This document shows positions 11,959 to 24,256 of a stretch of DNA of 64,000 bases, piece by piece; position 1 is the stretch's first letter; each line of letters opens with the position of its first letter. Made by a program: the position numbers and the translations under genes. The stretch comes from Ptychomitrium polyphyllum (lineage: Eukaryota). The stretch covers positions 18,972,001 to 19,036,000 of the forward strand of contig OZ316775.1 of assembly GCA_973851085.1 (NCBI GenBank), read 5' to 3'. Below the pieces are notes generated by a model that made no database searches, was not told the DNA's origin, and worked only from the letters and a program-made list of their open reading frames with translations.

Positions 11959-14900
11959 TCAAATCTCTTTAAGTGATTCCAAAACAGCTTCTAGAGCTAT
12001 AGCCCAATGTGCCCAATGAGTGCCACCCTGCAGAACAGGTCAAAGAACTCAAAAATTTAAAACATTCCGCATTGAGCCTGGTAACAGGGCCTTAATAAGT
12101 GAATATTTTCAACCACAAACGTTCCAATCTGACAGATAATTAAAACTCATTGCAGTACATTGCAGTACCATCAATCAGCAGATCGAGGACCTCAACAATC
12201 AAAAATACCTAGAGTCTTTGGTCGTGTCATACCTGGCAAAAGACAACAAATGGTTCCCGCAATGGGCCGTCGCATGAAAGCTCGCTGGTACTTCCATCTA
12301 CGAAGGTTCCATCGGCAAAGACTACCTGCATGGTACAGGCACAAAACACACATCAGCTCTACGAAAGGATAAGGATATGCAGACTTGAATTATTTGAATG
12401 TATAACGGTTTGATTTAACTAGATGCTGAAATTTTGCCCACTCTATCGACAGAATTGACGTAGGTTTTGATTATAAGATACTGTTTCTTGCATTACCTCG
12501 TCACCATAGCCAGAAGTTGCACCCGCTATAGGGCGAATATAGGCACCTACAGGACATCGCTTCTGAACAGCGCCACAGAATGCCAACAGACGTTCTCGAT
12601 TTCCAAGTTGCACAGCCTATGAGACCAGGTACCAAAGGTTTAAACAGAGGTAATTGAACATGTATTCAAATACTATGGTCATACGATTAAGAGATCAGAA
12701 CATGGAATATAAGTATAATTCTGAATTTTGTCGATCAGTTCTGCATGCTATCTGTACAATGCTGTCTCGAACCTCTTTAAGAAGATGAGTCACATACCAC
12801 TTGTAGCAAAATCCAGAAGGCTAACATTGAATTCTCATAAAAAATAAAATAACTTACAACATAAGTTCACACAGTTCACTCACTTGAATTATATCATGAC
12901 GTCGAACGCGAGGAGGAGGGGACACTTTATATCCTTCTGCTGCCATAACTTCTGCTACCAAAAGCCCGCCCTGTTCAAAGTGTATTACAATTTTAGTGAC
13001 CCTTTACATGTTATGGTCGTACCCATGTGAGAGTAAGTCGAACAATAGAAGAATGACCCATCACAAAAAAAATCAGTGATAAAGATGACGGTACTTGCAT
13101 GTTGGAACATTGACAGTCATATTGCGAAGGTCAGCAACTTGGAAATAGGTTCAACTGTACCTTAATTGATTCGCCAACCATTTGCGGTGCCAGGAACAAG
13201 CCTTGAAACAGAAGCCGCATGACGTCACCAGAAGTTGAGCCTGCTTCCATGCCAATGCCAGGCGCACTAAGTCTAGCTGCAGCAGCTTCTACCCATACCT
13301 GCTTTCCAGCTACATATCCCCCACATGGAGCTATTGTGCCTCCTGGATTCTTGATCAAGCTTCCAGCCATCAGGTCTGCGCCCTAGAAAAAGTAATAGAA
13401 AGATACAGAGGTTAATCCATGTAATACACCAAGCCATTGAATTCAGGATGAACAAGTCAGAACGTCACGTTTTCCCATTCTGCGAATTCTAAAAAGGCCT
13501 CACCACTAAAGCACATCATCTCCTCAACAAGTGAAGTTGCAATTTTTAAATTGTAAAATTTACTGTGATAGTTACCGCAAAACCTTTGATGTGATCAAAT
13601 AGAGAGTATTAGCTCAAGTGTCTGAAAAACAATTAATGCTCTCTCGACGAAGAAAACAGAAACAACACAATACCCTGAAAGATAATCAAATCTGAGGGAG
13701 AAGAGAGTGAACACAAACCACAGCTGTAGGCTCAGTAGTTTCTACAAACTCGCCATAGCAGTTGTCTACCACCACAACACAGTTAGGGTTTTGGGCCTGT
13801 CAAATCACATACACCTTGTTGATCAAATCAAGCACACCACGAACATGAATTTCGACAACTTTGTTAATAAATCAATGAAACAACGCTGGACAGAAATTTG
13901 AGGATGAGTTCATCAGAAGATTTGTAAATGTTAATTTATAAGCAGACAAATACTACAATTCAAGGGCTGTGCTGGTTTTCTAACGAATTTTACTGAACCA
14001 ACTGTGGCCACTTGCCTTGATTATAATAATCGCACGTTCAATTTCAGCGACAGTTAATGTTTTCCGCCAAGAATAACCACAGGACCGTTGGATGAGTGCG
14101 CACTGCGTTTCTGGCCTTATTGCAGTCTCAAGTGAATGCCAATCGAGTCCGCCATCTTCATGAAGCTGTAGAGGAATATCACGAGGAACGCTATCAGAAT
14201 CTTAGGCTAAACAAGTAAAATAGAGAGGAGAGGAGATCTGGTTACCAGATACAGACAACTCGGCAATATAATTACATTGAAAGTATCAATAGTAGTCAAA
14301 CGCATGTAAGCATGTAGCAGCCATTTTAGTGTCACGTAGAAAGGGATGATAAAATGCTTACTGAAAGCTCTCTATATGATACTCCAAATTCTTTCAAAGA
14401 TCCCTGCCTTGGTGAACCGCGAAGACCAATTACCTCTTCTAGAGTGTCGTAAGGTGCACCTGCCACGGCTAGCAGCTAGAAGCCCACCTATTAGAGTTGC
14501 CGAACCACAGACCAAATTCTACGAAGTCAATAATGCACCAGTCCTTACTCCAGTTGTATTAAAACATGCAACGGAGGAACATTCAAGTAAACTTTGTAAT
14601 ATAGTTCAGTATTAGTAGCTCTAAAAGGATACTGGGAGGTCTATAATCGATATAAAGGTAAGCTTTTGACCCTTACCTCACCACCAGGTCGAAGAGCTGC
14701 ATAAAGTGCACATGCAATGGCGTGTGTGCCTGAGAAAAGCTGCAAACAAACTACAACTTAGAGGAAAGACGATATGAAGTAATCACAATAGTCAAATTTA
14801 GATGTTACAAAGAGTATTTTTAAAGTCTGCCAAGAAAGGATTCCAAAAACGCACCAATTTTATAACAAAATGTTAGAAATTTTGCAGATAGTTTATCACA

Positions 14901-16045
14901 GCTTGTCTTGTCCCTCATTTCTTCATCGTCTAGTAAACCGGACTCATATAATGACCTCGCATAGCTTAGAACCTCATTCGAACCCTAGAGTATAAGTATT
15001 AAAAGTTCACTAGATAACTATACCTGAGACCGTACTATGGCAGCCTCCGAGCCAACAATATCTGCAAATGCTAGGTCAAGAGCCTCACGCCCTCCTGCAT
15101 CGTTGTGTCCATAACCAGTTGTACCTGCAAAATGCTGCAAGAGGTACTACATACATCAAGACGATAGACATGATCGACTATAAGGAAACTACATAATATC
15201 GTCCAAAACTATCTGTGATCATATCCATGCAACTCTCCTTGCACCAAAGGTAATTGCACATCTAACTATTCCCAGTAGGAACTTACTCGCAAGAAGCTGC
15301 ATATTAACCGTCCAGATAACCCATCCCCCGTGATATGTAGTATGTCACCATCAGGCAAAAGATAGAGGTGCATACATGAGAGCCGACTCGAGCATTTGCG
15401 TAAGCCTTCAACACACGGTTGATATTGGTCGCCACCATGCCATCAATCTCCATAAACTCAGGCAGCAATATCTTGACAGCTTCTGCAACCTGCAAATCTT
15501 AGAGTTACCCAAACCACACATCGCAGAGGAACTTCCATTCAACCTCACATCATTGATTCAACACCCAATTCACAGAAAACCAAAAGCCTAAAAAACGGGC
15601 TCTCACTTACAGACTTCAACAACCTATGATAAAACTCAAAGAATGATGAACACCCAGCTTAAAAGATCGCTCCTTTTGAATGTTCCCTCACAAGTCTAGA
15701 GTGTCGTCATCGCGAAAACAAGCTCATTTACCATCAGAAACATGAAACCCAACAATCAAGTTACACGCAGAGTAGCAAAATACTCGTCTCGTGATCAATC
15801 ACGGGAAAGCTTTCATTGTGCGCTACTTCGAAACTCACAGCCAGCATTGCGTTAGATAACGGTTGTACCTGAGGGCAGAACGGGGAGGCATAAGGCTTAG
15901 AAGTGTGGACATCCAGAGCGGAAGCCTGCGCTCGTGCGACTACCAGCTGCTTCTGTGGAAGCTTGGCGCCTGCAGAAGATGCGAGAGGACGCCATGGGAG
16001 ATGCAGGAAAGCAGCAACCCCTGGCATCGCCACCACCATAGCCAT
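11959..16045 (-). CDS. PLP-dependent enzyme of the YnbB/aluminium-resistance (Met_gamma_lyase-type) family, about 12 exons, probable organelle transit peptide
   Basis: Starts MAMVVAMPGVAAF... at 16045. Exons encode HFAGTTGYGHNDAGGREALD, FSGTHAIACALYAALRPG, LIQRSCGYSWR, VDNCYGEFVE, MAGSLIKNPGGTIAPCGGY (PLP Lys), RLLFQGLFLAPQMVGE, GTFVDGSTSELSCDGP and GGTHWAHWAIALE...KEI*. Confidence 0.9.
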
Positions 16046-16329
16046 GGCTTTGTTGCAACGGATCCAGCGCCTTGGACGACACAAGCAGCTTCCGCATGGT
16101 CACAACTTAGTAATCTTCTCCAGTTCTGGACATACCCACCTGTGGATCTTTCCGGGTATCACTGTAGTACGCTCAGGGTATCAACTAAAAGGTGGATTCA
16201 GTGAACACCCCGTCAGATTCTTCGTTAGCATCAACTTGGTAGATATTCCACGAGATTCGTGGAATATTCTAAGATGCCATAGTCGAAACTACATGATATT
16301 GAGGTGATATTGTAATTATACTTGGGTGT

Positions 16330-19215
16330 TCCATTGTGATAACATGTTGATATGCAATTTGCACATGTGTGTTTTCTTTTAATGTACATAAAATGTTATA
16401 ATTATGTACAGATACTATATTGTATTCCACTTATTATATTATAATAAAATTTTAATATTGTGTTCATCTGAAATAAGTCTTTTAGATTTTAGAAGCAAAT
16501 TTTATTTTTAAAAAAATTGAATTTATTACTATTTGTTAACTTCAAAGGAAAAATAATATGTAAGAAGTTCTACAATGTATATTTAATTAAGTTTTTTTTA
16601 GAAACTTCTTATGTTTAATTTGCACCATTTTTAATTGGGAGTATAAACCATTAACATAGATTTAAAATTTTTGGCCAAACCTTCCATTATAAATAAATGT
16701 ATCAATAAGCATGTCATTATATTTAATGTTTTTTTTTAATTATTGTTTGAGATCTTTCATCTTAATAATAAGATTGGCAACAAATTGCTTCACATTACCA
16801 TACTTGAATATTATTTCATTAAAGCACCATCAACATTTTCATATTATAAGCTTTTGCAAGCATGTATTTCACTCAATGTCAGATAGTAAAGCACAAAAAT
16901 TATCATATAGATTATTGGAATTTGAAGGTTTTATTAATCATCAACTTCTAATTTTATTCTAAATTTGGCAACAAATTGTCAATTTTAATAGTTAAGAAAT
17001 ATTTTTGTGCTAGAAATAAAACTAAACTCTTTTCATCATAATTTTTTTATAAAAGTCTTTTACAAACTAGCCAAATCTTCAAAATTCCACAATTAAAACT
17101 TATGTGCTTTGTTGTATTAATAAAGACTGCCATATATAACAAATAGAATATCATAACCAATGTCAAATTTGCAATCAACAAAATTAAATATGAAAACATT
17201 ATAATTAAATTTTTAAGGCACAGAGAAGAAATTACATAAGTGGTCAAATTATTTCTTATTCCACAAAAGAAAAATCCAAGAATACAAGTATAAAAAGAAA
17301 TTTAAAGCTTTATTAAATGTAATACCATTATTTCCAAGTAAGACTTTGCATGATCTTTAAAATAAAGCTTACAAGACTAAATTGGCAATGAATGCCAAGC
17401 CAAGGGGATTTTTCCATTTAACATCTTTTCCAATGCCAAATTGGTACAAATCTAATTAATTTGGAATTTACACAAAATGGATGAAAAACTCCTCAAACTA
17501 AATTAAATTACATCCACTTGATGTGACTTAGCATCCAATGCTACATCAAGTGTCATTTGATAAGTACATAATTTTTTTTGTGGTAAATAAAGGTTCTTTT
17601 GTCTTGTTCATATTATATTTTTTTCTTAATTCTATTGTTTATTCCAACAAGTGTATTAATTCTAATTTATTACACTTTTTTAAAATTTAAATTCAATGAT
17701 TTCATTTTAAACAAGCATGAAGGGTTTTAATTTCTTTTATAAAATAGTAAATCTTATTAAAAACATAGATATCAAGATTTGTACCAAAAATATTCTTTAA
17801 TTATGCACATTATTCCAAAATATACTATCTAAAATTTACCAAGTTGATATTAAAAGTAGATGTTCTAAACTTATATGCATAAAGTATCTCATGTTTATAA
17901 GTACTTCCAAAAATTATAAAGAATGATTTTATGAAGTGAAAAATAAATAATGGAAGTTTTTGACATAACCTAGTACTTAAAGACAACATATACTATATTT
18001 GTAAACATAGTAGTCACAATAGGGGTTGGAAAATATGTATGAAGTTATAATATTTGTATATAAAACCAAGTATTAATTACAAAAACAATCTACAAAAATT
18101 AATTGTGGATTTAAATCTCACCTTCTATCAAAACCTTTGTAAAAAGCACAATAAGTCAAAATTAATTGCAATCAAGGCATACTTCTTCTATGGATATATA
18201 AAACAAACTTTATAATTCTTAGTGGTTAAGGCAATTTTTGATTAATATATGTCACAAAGCAAAGATAAAGCAACAATGTCTTTTATTCTAAGTTTTTTTT
18301 CCACTTGATCCCACACTTGTAAACCATTTTTATGTGGATTCTACAATGTTTTCCATTGCCGGTTTAAATAAAGTCTTTTCTTGTAATGTTTTGTGTCCTA
18401 TCTTGTTTCTTAACACATTCTTATTAGTACAGTTGTGTACTAATAAATGATAATTTTCATAATTATCAAATATTTATATGTTCTAAAATATCCCTATTAA
18501 ACTTCTACCATATCTTCCACCAAATTAACAAATTTATAGAAGAATGCTGTAATCCAAATAAAAGTTGTAACTTCTAATTTTTGACATTATTATCATCTAA
18601 TTAGTGACAATCCAAAGTTCTCCCAAAATTTTATATTTAGTAAAAATTTAAATTAATTTTTTTTTTGATAATAAAATACAATGCTTTGGCTTGTTCAATA
18701 GTGATGTAACTTTCTAAAGTGTTTTTTTTATGAAAGAAATGCAAGCCTAAAGGAACATACCTTTGCTATTATAATATTAGTAATGACCATACTCAAAGAT
18801 ACAGAGATTATTTGAAATGTCTTAGACCATCATATTTAGTGTAATGGAACAATACAACAATTTTAAAATTATAATGATACTCGTTTAGATTCAAATCAAA
18901 TTGATCTAACTATATATCCAATAATCTTTTATTATTTCTATTTATTCTATTATAGATCAATTTGATACTAGTTGTAATAAAGATTACAAAATTCAACTTC
19001 ATTCAAGTTTTTTTGGCTCACATATTGGTAAAAAGCTTGTTATGCAACCTCAAAAACATAACAATCATCCTTTATACTTAGTCTTTGACAATATGACATA
19101 GAAGCCCATCAAATACAACACACATTGAGTGGCTGCTCAGGTTGCCTTGTAAAGGTTGCCACGTAGGCCAAAAAGTACATACGCTCAAAAGTGATTTTGA
19201 AGTCTGTTATAGAGA
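16330..19215 (-). mobile_element. Very AT-rich, CG-depleted degraded transposon remnant, possibly a Helitron
   Basis: Abrupt compositional block with no intact ORF. Minus-strand scraps such as LYQFGIG...HAKSYL and H.C...STCY resemble Helitron Rep N-terminal motifs, and the minus strand begins TCTATAAC near 19212. The family call is weak. Confidence 0.4.
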
Positions 19216-20442
19216 CGAGGGCCGGGAGCATTTTCTTACGCTTTGAGAAATTTTGATACTTTAAATGAAACGACGTGCGTTTCCGGTGAGCCTGCCCTCA
19301 GTGCAGCACTCCAACACAGAAGCAGGCGAATCGGACGCCAACATCGGAGCGCGCTATTATTCCGGGAAACTGACCTCGCGGCGTTCAGACTATGATTGCG
19401 GATCTGGCATCCGACGTGGCCTTTCCCCTGACGTGGCATGCGGTTTGAAGGAATATCTCGCCAGATCATCTGCCAGAATCGGCCATGAAACAGAACTTAT
19501 TTACAACTTTTGAATTTATGAATATTTGTTTTTATTTTCAGAGAAGAAGAAGCAGACTTATCCTATGATCTTATTGAGCATGGTTGATATTTTACAACCA
19601 GTTTACTACAGAGGTTTCACTATTACATCCTTTCATATCTTAATAGGATTTTCTCAATCTTGAAATGTATTTCTATGCATTATTTCACACTTTCTCTTGC
19701 AAGTATTTGAGACTAGAGAAGCAAACGAATTTAGTCTACAACAAGGATATTTGTGGCAAAGGACGGGAACATGGAAAGACACTAAATCAATCAAGTTAGG
19801 AATTTTTTTCTTTGCAGACCAATTTGTGCATCGTCATCTCAAGAACACTTCTAAAAGTGGTCAACAAGAAAAAATTTCCACCAATAATTGTTATCAAGTA
19901 AGTAGCCAACTTAATTTCTCATCCTTCTTCAAATTGCTTCTCCTATGGATAACAAGACAAGATATAGAACTTAAATATTTTTGACCCAATCATATTCCTA
20001 TAAATTTCTCTAAATATGGCAGAAACCTCTAGATATGGAGATAGGACTAATGAATACCTTGTTATCCGTGTCGAAGTTCCCCGAAGAAAACAACGTTGGG
20101 ACTCTTCTAGCATCAGTTGAATGTTACCAGCAGATCAAGTTTTGATTTGCCATGTATGTGAATTCAGTCTAGAAAACTGCAAAGGGGAGATACCGAAAAT
20201 CCTGTAGGAACATGGTACCCACGTAAGCGCAGAAGCTTAGAGCTATAGTTTGGACATGAAATGAGCGTCAGGTAAAGATCCTGAGTGCTGGACAGGATTT
20301 CCGGAAGCCGATACTTATCTGAGCACACGGAAATGAGTAATCTGCGGCCCTCGACTGACATGAACGCATGTAGGGATCCAATAATAGTTCACGTGATTTG
20401 AGAAGAGGAAAAAAATCGCAGCAACTAGTGTGCCTCAGTGCC

Positions 20443-20449
20443 TATATAA
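20443..20449 (+). promoter_or_regulatory. TATA box (TATATAA) upstream of the first secreted-protein gene
   Basis: cctatataac, about 130 nt upstream of the ATG at 20574. Confidence 0.55.
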
Positions 20450-20573
20450 CTCCCCCGTCGTCCCGCAACTTTTGAGATGTGTGCAGCAGCTTCAGCATTC
20501 AACGTCAGGAGCCACTGACTGTTCTTCTTGTTGCCGTTGTTTCCCTTTGCCGTGCTTGTAAGCATCCGACGCA

Positions 20574-21044
20574 ATGGCCAAGTTCCTCCTCCTCGTTGTC
20601 ACTCTTCTGGTGGTTGCAACTGTTGTAGCTGAAGCCAAGGCTGTAGCTGCGCCTGCTCCCGCACCGGCATTGACTTTACCACTCAAGACCGAGCTCTCCA
20701 TCAAGCTCATCCTTCACAATGTTGCAAGCAGACCCGTGACGTTCAAGCTGACGAGCCCCGTGGTGTCCAGCCCAGTGGTGGCACTCAAGGGCAAGTGGAC
20801 GGCCATTAAGCCTGCTCTTATCAGCGTTAAGCAGACCACCCTCCTCGTGTCCGTGTCGGTGGAGAACAACAAGCTCGTCACCATTAACAAGACTTTGAGG
20901 ATCAATCTGCTGCAGCACTTCAAGAAATCGGATCTGAAGGGCAAGAGGTTCCTAGTTCTGACCGCCGTGGAGAGCTGGAGCTGGAAATCTAAGTACCTGC
21001 TCATCACCGTGGGCGAAGTGGTCGTCCTCTCCATCTTGCTCTAA
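20574..21044 (+). CDS. Uncharacterised secreted basic protein, 156 aa (paralog A)
   Basis: Signal peptide MAKFLLLVVTLLVVATVVAEA, an APAPAP linker, G/C-ending codons, clear similarity to the ORF at 23792, and a putative GT-AG intron (21057-21205) just after the stop. Confidence 0.85.
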   Translation: MAKFLLLVVTLLVVATVVAEAKAVAAPAPAPALTLPLKTELSIKLILHNVASRPVTFKLTSPVVSSPVVALKGKWTAIKPALISVKQTTLLVSVSVENNKLVTINKTLRINLLQHFKKSDLKGKRFLVLTAVESWSWKSKYLLITVGEVVVLSILL

Positions 21045-23791
21045 GCCCACATTACGGTATGCTCTTCAAACTATAGCTCTGCTTGCACCTCGCATTCAGT
21101 TGTACTCTGGCACTTGCTCTATTCGAATACGCTCCCGAATGAGCAGTTGACTAACATACATTCATGGTTTAACTGTTTCCTTTTTTTCCCTTTTGAACAT
21201 TGCAGGATTGGAGCTCTTCAGCTTGTCAGCTGTGGCGATCGGGTGCTGAACTCTGCATTGGATTCTTGAATTTGATCTTTTAATTCTTTGTGGCCACTAG
21301 CAACGTAGCATAGACGTTGCTTTAAGTCCGATTCTCATATGTGCCAGCGAAATTTGCTGGTTACTAATATCGTTGAATAATAATTTAGTTCGAACCATTA
21401 TCTCATGAGCTGCCGCATCATATTCATGGCTTCGAGGTTGTCTTTTTCTTTTATATCAATTTTTGTTGATGTGAATGTCTCAATGGTAAACGCTTCTGCG
21501 GTGGATGGCATTGCCGTTACTGGACTTGCTAGAGTGGAAGTTTGTGCGTTTCCGAATGCAAGCTGTCGTAATCTTCAAGTTCTTGTGCATTATGTTCAGC
21601 ACGTCAATGTTGTGCTCACTCTGAGCATGGAAAGTCGAATGGGAAATTAATTTGAAATGCAGGACAACTTAGTTGAAATAGATCAGAACATAAATTATGA
21701 AATCTTCGTTTGAGGTGCTTTCACCTGGCTTTCGTCCTTTTCGATGCCGATCGAACTCAACTGGTTCTGCACCAACTTCCGTTCTAAACGAGAATCTTGT
21801 CATGACTGAAGAATTGTGGGCTTTAAATATGTATATTGTCGTGCACATTGCTGGACAGTTTCAACACCTGATTGTGTTCCACTGGAATTTAAGAAATTTT
21901 TGCATTGTTTGGAGGCCTCCAACATGGTATGGTGTAGCAGTCGATCACTACTCAACTCTGTAATTTTCAGGTGCAGATCATGTTCTGAATTCATGCTCCT
22001 GTCTCCCACGATTCAGCCATATTCATACTCACTACAGAGGGACTTTTATGTGCCTTCGTCGGAGTTCCATCATGCTTCCGAAAGTTGCACCCACAGGAAC
22101 GTGGCAGACTATTACTATTTTTGTTTATTGGGATGTTAAACAAGTCAAGCTGTTTGACATGTACTACGGTATGTTGTCGAAAGACCATCATCTTAAGTCT
22201 ACAATGCAGTTTAGGATGAGCTGATGCTTTAAGGACCCTAAAATCATAGATAAGGTGGATATATGGGACCTGTGTCTGAATAACGATTTTCCCATGATAG
22301 TGCTCTTCACTATAATTTTCTTTTACTTTTTCCTTCGATCATATCCAACAATATTCATTAGCAAGTCCCAAATCAAGGAGAATCACGAATTGAAATCAAA
22401 AGCAAATATATGAAGTTGTACACCTGCAATGCTCAGGGCTAACCAAACCCTGATGAGATGCGGTAATATCACGCTAAGAACACATCGATGTCGTATATGC
22501 TTGTTGTGGAAGAGGTTTGGAAGGCCAGTACTAACAACATCATGGCATCTTAATTTCTTTCGAGACCCTGTGAGTTGTCACTCAATTCATTCTAGTTACA
22601 TAATGAATCGAGAGTCCAGAGCTTATGTGTTGAGGCATTGCAGAGCTCTGTTGGAATGGGCCTTGTTGTAGTCCTGCCAAATTGTAATCTACCATGACTG
22701 TCGTGGGTACCTCAGGGCTTTGGTAACCCAAATGACGTTCAAGAAACGGCATAACAAAAGACCGACTGAAAGATACCGGGCCAGCATTGTCAGCAAAGTT
22801 GCAAGCAGTCCAGATTGGGATGTATAGCAGTTCATTGTTGAACGGGAAAACGCAAGAATCAGTCCAACATCAATGGAGAATGTCTGACGCGATTCAGTAA
22901 GCTCGATGTCCCGCAACCTGGTGCTGCTGTGTGACAGGATGTTGAAATAGTAGGGGCTGAGATAATCATCTTTGTCAGTTCCCGCTTCGTGCAGCCTGAT
23001 AAATAGTGGCGTTCTGTGATGAATAGTGATTGTGGACGAATGCTTTGCCTACCCTCGGCGTTGCGTTGTAGGCTCCGCATCTGCTGCCAATTCTACGGGG
23101 ACGTCTTGTGCGTCCACTTAAGGATATACAAAGGGGATCAACGATGGAACTCAGTTATAGAATCGCAAGTTGTTTCATGTCCTGCCTTCGCCAAATCCTT
23201 ACTCAATCCGCTGTTGTACAAAAGACGTAAATCGGAATGCTAGACTCATGTTTACTACTGCTTAAGTCTTATCGGAATGTTGGAGCAACACCACCTGTTT
23301 GGCTACAAAATCCTACGTTTATTTTGTTAAGATATATATAAAGGACCCAAAGTAAGGTTCTATGAAGCTTAGTTTGATCTCTGAGGATGAAAAGAGAATT
23401 GAAAGTAAACAAAGATAGGTAGATGCAACCTAGTTACATACACCAACCACAAGTTCTATTTCTGTCGCGGAGGAGGATAGCTCGCGGACACACATGTGCA
23501 CAGTGCAGTACCAACCCTGAATTTGAGGAAGGCGATTCAAATGCAGCATGCAATTATTAGCAAAGCGATGCTCATTCTAGTTAGACGGGTAGTGATAGAT
23601 CATCCCATGATTCCACACAGCACTTCAGCCCCACGGGGCGCATGCGTCATCGTTCGAGCATCGTCGACTGGTTGCAGCACAGGAATGTTAACTATGCTGT
23701 GACCGCTGTCTGCAAGCAGGACACGATCTCAGTCTTCGGTAGAGACTCAGATCTCTACTCGTCCACCTTCTTTCAGAAATTGATAGTTGCA

Positions 23792-24256
23792 ATGGCGAGA
23801 GCACTCTTCAGCTTAGTTCTGGTTCTCTTGGCAACGTGTGCCATCGCGGACGCGCACACGCTTTCAGCCTACACGACCACCGCGAAGGCTGCAAGGAAAC
23901 CTGCTTCTGTCAAGCTCGTGGTGCACAATGTGGCGGATAGGACGCTGACGTTCACTTGTGCGGAGCTTGGTAAGGATGCGAAGCCCGTGACGGCGGATAA
24001 GGGCCAGTGGACCGCCATCGGGCCCATTGATGTCACTGTGGAGGAAAACTTTATCCTACATCTGACTGTGACGGTAGGAACTGGGCAGAGATATGGGTTT
24101 GTGAAGAAGAGTTTGGTGATCAATCTGTTGAAGCAGTTTCAATATAATCTCGAAGGCAGCAAGTTCCTAGTTCTCACAGCAATTGAGAATGCGCGGGAGC
24201 GGTCGTTGAAGCTTAGGCTGGGGAAACGGGTGGTTCTTACATTCAATCTCTACTAA
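23792..24256 (+). CDS. Uncharacterised secreted protein, 154 aa (paralog B)
   Basis: Signal peptide MARALFSLVLVLLATCAIADA. Shares KLxxHNVAxR, KGxWTAI, INLLxxF and LxGxxFLVLTAxE with paralog A. Putative intron 24265-24405 just after the stop. Confidence 0.85.
   Translation: MARALFSLVLVLLATCAIADAHTLSAYTTTAKAARKPASVKLVVHNVADRTLTFTCAELGKDAKPVTADKGQWTAIGPIDVTVEENFILHLTVTVGTGQRYGFVKKSLVINLLKQFQYNLEGSKFLVLTAIENARERSLKLRLGKRVVLTFNLY

Noticed and set aside
23642..23791. N-terminal 50-aa extension in the 204-aa ORF call
   Set aside because: The signal peptide and the similarity to paralog A begin at the ATG at 23792.
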